The position numbers and the translations under genes were made by a program. DNA of 56,528 nt, counting the filler, from Asterionella formosa (taxonomy: Eukaryota): the NCBI GenBank assembly GCA_002256025.1. It is 5 parts of 5 records of this genome, joined end to end, with 100 filler letters (N's around TTAATTAATTAA, not from the genome) between each part and the next. Parts side by side here need not be neighbours in the genome. Positions count along the whole stretch, not along the records: positions 45,318 to 56,528 come from NKIB01008727.1; 4 more parts are not named here. One strand, written 5' to 3'. The stretch's first letter is position 1. Each line of letters opens with the position of its first letter. Under the pieces are notes generated by a model that was not told the DNA's origin, did no database searches, and saw only the letters and a program-made list of their open reading frames with translations. Below are positions 51,364 through 56,528 of this stretch, piece by piece.

Positions 51364-51564
51364 TAGGTGTTTCTGTGATTCAGATATGATATCCCTTGTG
51401 CGTGAATATTAGTTTGCGATGGATGGCTGGAGGTGGATGATTCACATCAATGATGTGTGGTCAAACGCCAATGATGTGAAATAAAACATGTATCAGTACA
51501 GAGTATCAGGTAGGTTGCAGCGCCATCGTTAGCAGAGTTTATGAAACAACTACGACGAGCATTA

Positions 51565-51995
51565 TACAATACCGGTGCCTGGTACCAGGTACAAGGGTAC
51601 CGTACTTTATGTATGATTACATATGCACGACATGATTTCGACGACTACTTGTACCTGATACTCCAGGTACCGGTATGTATGTCATGGAAGAGCGCGCCGA
51701 TGTCAAATAGGGAAGGAAGGCACCCGGTGTTTTTAGAGATTCGATGATTTGACATCGACATGGCGCGGGTTGTTTCAAATTTGACAATTTCACAGGTTCG
51801 TTCAGTACCAGGGTACCTGGTACCAGGTACCGGTACGACCTGGTACTCCACCGTAAACAATTAAATTTGCAGCATTGCAGAGAAAAAGTGATTTAATAAA
51901 TAGATAGTACCTGGTACCTGGTACCAGGTACCAGGTACTCGGAGTACATCATACTGGTATGTCGTAACTAGTCTACTAGTAACAGTACCGGTAAC
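51565..51995. repeat. Dense TA-CC(W)GG-TA motif arrays in a divergent promoter
   Basis: GTACCAGGGTACCTGGTACCAGGTACCGGTAC (~51806-51837) and TAGTACCTGGTACCTGGTACCAGGTACCAGGTACTCGGAGTAC (~51905-51947). Confidence 0.85.
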
Positions 51996-52153
51996 CATCA
52001 ACATGTGATGACCAACGAGAAACAATGCAATGCCGGTTTACGATATTTCTTCATCCAAAGATACGTTTTGATTTGGTCGGCATTGATTCTTTCTTCGTTC
52101 CTCTAATCCTTCTTCCGTAATCCTCTTTCCAATCCTCATTAAATACCTCCAAG

Positions 52154-53827
52154 ATGTCTGCTGAAGAGTTGAAATCTGCTGTTGAAGCCATGGCTGCTGG
52201 CGCCCTATACGATGTCACCATAATTTGCACCACGGATGACTTCCAAGCTGACTATTGGATGAAGCGTCTTTCATCAGGCGTTTGCAAGACGTCGGATGAA
52301 TCGATCTTCCCCATGGTATTGGCGGTTTCCGAAGATTGGGGGACTGGGGGTGCTGGTAATGGTTTGGGCACTCTGTATGCATACACCAAGGCCTGTGCTT
52401 TGGCTACAGAATTGTTCAATGTTGACCTGGCTGATTTGCTAGGAAAGGGAGCAATCAGTGCTGCTCTTTACCACACTGCTGGCAAGGGAACTAGACTTGC
52501 CCCTCTTCCTGCATCCGAGAACAATAACAAGCCTGGAGTGGTGCGTACTGAGATTGTTTTGTTGTATTTATAGCCTTCAACCAACAAAGTAGTAGCGTCG
52601 GAATCTGATTCGTTCTCTTTCTTGCAGCGCCTCCCAGTGTGTCACTCGGTTGCCGACGGATTCGAACCCATGACTGTGCTAGAAGCTGTTGTCAGGCAGA
52701 CTGGCGTGTACGCTTGCTCTCGCAAAGGACGTCTTTCGGTTTATTGGGGAGATCAAGTCTTTATTCCATCAGCACCATTCAAGTACACTCCCACCCATCA
52801 CGTTGACATTATGTGCACACTTCTGGGAGAAACCGCTCCTACAGCAGAGGAGTGGGTTGCGCAGGGATTGGATAAGTACGGAGTCATTGCGGTCTTGCAG
52901 GGAGAACAAAAGAATGCTGCTCAAGTTGAAAAGGTTGACCACGCCACTGCGGTAAAAATGCTGGCTTCTCTTGGTGACATTGGTCAAGTCGGACCTTCGC
53001 TAGGATCCTTCTCTGTTGGATCGGAGTTCCTTGCTGCTCTATGTGAAGAGTACTCATCTGAATTGGCGGAAAAGACTGCAAAGCTTGATACTGACCCTCA
53101 CTTCTGGATGCCTCTCACTCTGCCTCAAGCTGAGTACATTTCACTCATGGCACAAAAGGGTATTGACGCTGATATCAGTGAAAAGCACCATCAACGTATG
53201 ACTCTCTTCAAGGAAAAGCTTGACTTGAGCAAGATGGGCATCTTTGGCGCTGTCAATGTTGGATCAAATGCTTGCTGGTGGGACTACGGACTTGTCAAGC
53301 TTTACAGCAAGAACAATCTCAAGTTGATGGGGATTGACAATGAATCCGACCTCTTGCGTCAATTCATGGGAGTCACTGCCCGTGTGATGGACTCAGAGCT
53401 GGGGAGTGCCACCGTTGATGAAACTTCTTGTGTATTTGGATGTACCATCAAGGAGGGAGGCTCCATTAAGGAGTCCGCTTTGGCAGGTGTAACTGCCAAA
53501 ACTGTGGAAGCTGAAGGCGCCATTATTGTCAACTGCGTCGCTCCCAAGATTATTGCTGGGAAAGGAGCCATTTTATACAATTTGATTAGCGAAGAAGAAA
53601 TTGTTGCCGAACCTGGTGCCATTATTGTCGAAGTTACCGAAGAATCTGGTGAAAAGTACCTGTTGAAGTCTGATATGAATACCTGCGGCGGAACTGCTTG
53701 GAAGGTCAAGTTGGACATGAATGATTTCTCCTTTGAAGAGGTTCACGGGAAGAACCAGAATGCCAACATCACTGTGATTGAGACTAAACGTCAGGAGCTT
53801 TACAAAAAGGTTGCGGCCAGTCTGTAA
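52154..53827 (+). CDS. Sugar-1-phosphate nucleotidyltransferase-like protein (fucose-1-phosphate guanylyltransferase-like; ~528 aa, 2 exons)
   Basis: Exons 52154-52540 and 52628-53827 with a phase-0 GT-AG intron. Motifs GAGNGLGTLYAY, HTAGKGTRLAPL (NTP-transferase Gly loop), WGDQVF and WWDYG, plus a C-terminal beta-helix-like small-residue region. Confidence 0.7.
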
Positions 53828-53915
53828 ATGTCGAGATGATGATTTTAAACAGGACCTCACAGCGGTAACATTTATTCTTTAAATCGTATATATATAGTTT
53901 TCTCGTTTGACGGAA

Positions 53916-55316
53916 TCAGGGCAAATTCCTTAAAATTGACTGCAGTCGTTTCTCGCCAGGCGGTCCATCGTATCCAGCAAGTCCCTGGTCCTTCAAAATT
54001 TGGATCGTTTGTTTGAGAGAGAGTTCTGCATCTTCTTGATAGAGGTTTTGAAGCGAGACTGCGATGTGAGTCGCCAAAACTTTCAAAACTCGAACATCCG
54101 TGGGTGTAAATCCTCCTGCCACACTATGATTTGTATCCCTTCTGGCAATTCCTTTACTTTTTTTGTTAATGGCTTGGATAACAGCGATGACCCTACCGTG
54201 AGAGTCAATAACGGGAACTAAAACCATGTTACGAATTTCTTTGGAAGGCAGAACAGGGTCCCAAATAGCACCCAAAAAGTCCGGATGGTTCTGACAATCA
54301 GCCACATTTACGGCTTCCCCAGTCGCTACCACCTTGGCGAAAAGCCCACGTCCCACGGGTGCACTGAGAACTCCCTCTTTCCCAAGCTTTCCATAAAAAT
54401 ATAGTTTCCTTTTGTCCCCACCCTCAGCAGGCGTAGACTCCTCAAGAAAGGGAGTGGTGCTCTCAGGGGAGTCTGTAATGACATACAAATTGGTAAGTTG
54501 CGCACCAATCAGATCCTTTGCTTCACTTACAAAATCCCTAAAGATCTCATCCATGTGAGCTTCTTGCTTCTTCTTCTCGATCCTCTTGGAATCAATTAGC
54601 AATAGGGGGAACATTCCGATCAAACACCCTATGACAATTCCAGCAGCACATCCGCCCTGACTGGCAAATCGCACCGACCGAAGAGTCCGCTGACCCGCGC
54701 TAATGTTGGGAGAAGGCAATCCCAATTTGGAACAGTAGTCTTCAATAATGGCCCCAAAGGTGACTCCAGCAACATCCGCAACAATGTTTCCACAGGCTGC
54801 AGCACACATGGTAGAAATGCCCAAGGCGACACCTAAATAGGAGTCGATTGCGTCCCCAGCGAAAATTAGAATGGCATTGTCCATTATACCGAATCCAAGA
54901 AATGGAATCGCTTGATTAAGGGCGACCTTACGAAGTTCAGATTTTGGCGGTTCTGGAATTTTGGAAGACGTTGTGGCTGGAGCCATACTGGCAAGTTCCT
55001 TCCTTGTTGCTGCGGATAGCTTATGGGCGACGGCGTTCAAGGAGGCATTGTCGGCGTGGGCCATCCATTCCAGCGTTGTCGTAGCGTCCGCAATCTCTTT
55101 GGACGTAGATACTGTTTCTGTGGATTGCCAGCGGCGTGAAGCTGCTGTGATTGAAGATCTTGTTCGGTTGGATATGCGAGTGGTTAATACTGGCACTTGC
55201 TTCTGGGTACAAAACAAGCGCAATTCTTGTGCTTTAACGTGCACCAACTGCTTGGATGTCGTGTCTTTGGCTATTCTTGCCACCCGTGACAACATGATGC
55301 CTTGCAAAGGATGCAT
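53916..55316 (-). CDS. TMEM65: TMEM65-domain protein fused to a C-terminal GAF domain, with a predicted mitochondrial presequence
   Basis: AIPFLGFGIMDNAILIFAGDAID...GISTMCAAACGNIVADVAG...IGCLIGMFPL is the TMEM65 signature. GRGLFAKVVATGEAVNVADCQNHPDF...RNMVLVPVIDSHGRVIAVIQAINK...FTPTDVRVL is a GAF domain. Arg/Ser/Thr-rich N-terminus (possible start MLSRVAR). Single intact exon. Confidence 0.9.
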   Translation of the reverse strand: MHPLQGIMLSRVARIAKDTTSKQLVHVKAQELRLFCTQKQVPVLTTRISNRTRSSITAASRRWQSTETVSTSKEIADATTTLEWMAHADNASLNAVAHKLSAATRKELASMAPATTSSKIPEPPKSELRKVALNQAIPFLGFGIMDNAILIFAGDAIDSYLGVALGISTMCAAACGNIVADVAGVTFGAIIEDYCSKLGLPSPNISAGQRTLRSVRFASQGGCAAGIVIGCLIGMFPLLLIDSKRIEKKKQEAHMDEIFRDFVSEAKDLIGAQLTNLYVITDSPESTTPFLEESTPAEGGDKRKLYFYGKLGKEGVLSAPVGRGLFAKVVATGEAVNVADCQNHPDFLGAIWDPVLPSKEIRNMVLVPVIDSHGRVIAVIQAINKKSKGIARRDTNHSVAGGFTPTDVRVLKVLATHIAVSLQNLYQEDAELSLKQTIQILKDQGLAGYDGPPGEKRLQSILRNLP

Positions 55317-55420
55317 ATTGAAACGTCGGTATGTGGGGTGTAGAATGGATCAAAGAACCATGAAAGATGTCAGGATTCGAAGGCGGAACCGTAATAGAAT
55401 AATTAAGGAGTAGAATAAGG

Positions 55421-56528
55421 TGTCAATGTGGTTTACAGCTGAACCGTCTGTCCTACCTACCTACAGTAGAATAATATATCACGCAGTCATAATTTTGCAT
55501 TTCATCTTTTGATATTGCATTCACAGGTTACTGAGCCCTTTTGCGGTTGCCTGACCCCTCAACTCCTCTTCTTTTCTTTGCCGTAGACATTGTGAGGTGT
55601 CTTTCATTCCCTGCTTCTTCGCTTCTGCTTTGGTTTCTGTGCAAACAGTCCAACAAAGCCTCTACTGTCTTTTACCCTTTTTCTACGTGATTTTTCAACC
55701 ACACACCTTTTCCGATTCCTTGAAGTTCTGGACTACCACACACCCTTCTCCTCTTTTGTCCATCTCCTTGGCACTTCTTTGTCTTCATTCACAAGAGGCC
55801 GCCAGCCATCTCCATACCCGCCCACACCATCTTCTTTGCTCCTGTGACACCACCATCTGTCACGGAATTCGCCTGTTCTGTCTGCTTCTCTGTTTCTTCC
55901 GTTTCTGGGTGTGGATACCATTCTTCTTCTTTTTCTGTTTGGCTGTGTCATATTTTGAGGTTCTGTCCTTCCATCATTTTTTTTCAGCCTCCTCTGTCTG
56001 TCCTTCCCTCCTTATTAATTTTTTTCCAGCCTGTCCAGTCTGTCTGTCTATCCAACCTTCAACTTGCAGTCAGTCCTCCCTTCATACACATTCTCATTCC
56101 CTCTGCTGGCCTTCTTTTCCCCCTCTAATCAATTATTTAATTTAAATTTAAAATTAAAATAAAAATGGCCACAACTTCCATCTCCCCCTCTTATACTCCT
56201 GGTTCAATTATGGACATCCTTTTCAAAGCTGGACTGGCTCCTGACTCCATCAATATTTTCATGACCTGTCATCCCCGACTTACTCTTGCCAAGTTTCAGC
56301 GTGCATTGCACCGCATCCACCATGGAGATGACACAGCTGACTTTCTCTTACCTGCCTCTCTCCTTGCTGATCCTCTGTGGGATTGGCTTGATAGTGATAC
56401 TGTGATGGGGCTCATTGCTTGGTTTTCCCAGTCCTCTGATACTGGAGGTAATCATTTTGATTGGGTTCATGAGTTTTCTGCTGAAACTTTCTCCATCTTC
56501 TTATCACCCCCTGCATCATCATCCCTCC
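55421..56528 (+). mobile_element. 5' end of a probable copia element (short LTR ~55421-55525, PBS, pyrimidine-rich leader, ORF from 56165 running off the end)
   Basis: ...TTCACA followed by GGTTACTGAGCCC, resembling the GGTTATG(G/A)GCCC half-tRNA-iMet PBS of copia. The ATG at 56165 opens a frame to the end of the window. The LTR start is uncertain. Confidence 0.55.

Noticed and set aside
55597..56145. 182-aa hydrophobic ORF considered as a membrane protein
   Set aside because: It has a GTG start and a Phe/Ser/Leu bias explained by a pyrimidine-rich retroelement leader.

Overview
Eukaryotic, transposon-rich DNA, most likely from a diatom. This is an inference from CoDi-type copia elements, PGAF-motif single-pass LRR genes and short 68-88 bp GT-AG introns. 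The window is five contigs (11242, 11237, 11220, 11218 and 11211 bp, in decreasing size) joined by artificial N44-TTAATTAATTAA-N44 spacers, so adjacency across spacers means nothing. Contig 1 holds a pogo-like end and a decayed copia split by two Harbinger/PIF insertions with intact TSDs. Contig 2 holds a Kolobok/Mutator-like transposon remnant with a P2X7-ballast/Nanor-like accessory ORF, and a two-LTR copia whose gag carries a precise 343-bp inversion. Contig 3 is a spliced VPS13 gene (~3,580 aa, first exon missing) with a dysferlin domain and an extra C-terminal domain. Contig 4 holds three decaying paralogues of a membrane LRR receptor-like family, plus retroelement fragments. Contig 5 holds a copia end, a pogo DDE remnant, an MDC1-like tandem-BRCT gene, a sugar-nucleotidyltransferase-like gene, a mitochondrial TMEM65-GAF fusion gene and the start of another copia. 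The most notable observations are the TMEM65-GAF fusion, three related tRNA-headed SINE-like copies, and dense TA-C(C)(W)GG-TA arrays that look like stacked Tc1/mariner excision footprints. All family calls come from motif recognition by eye; no database searches were run.
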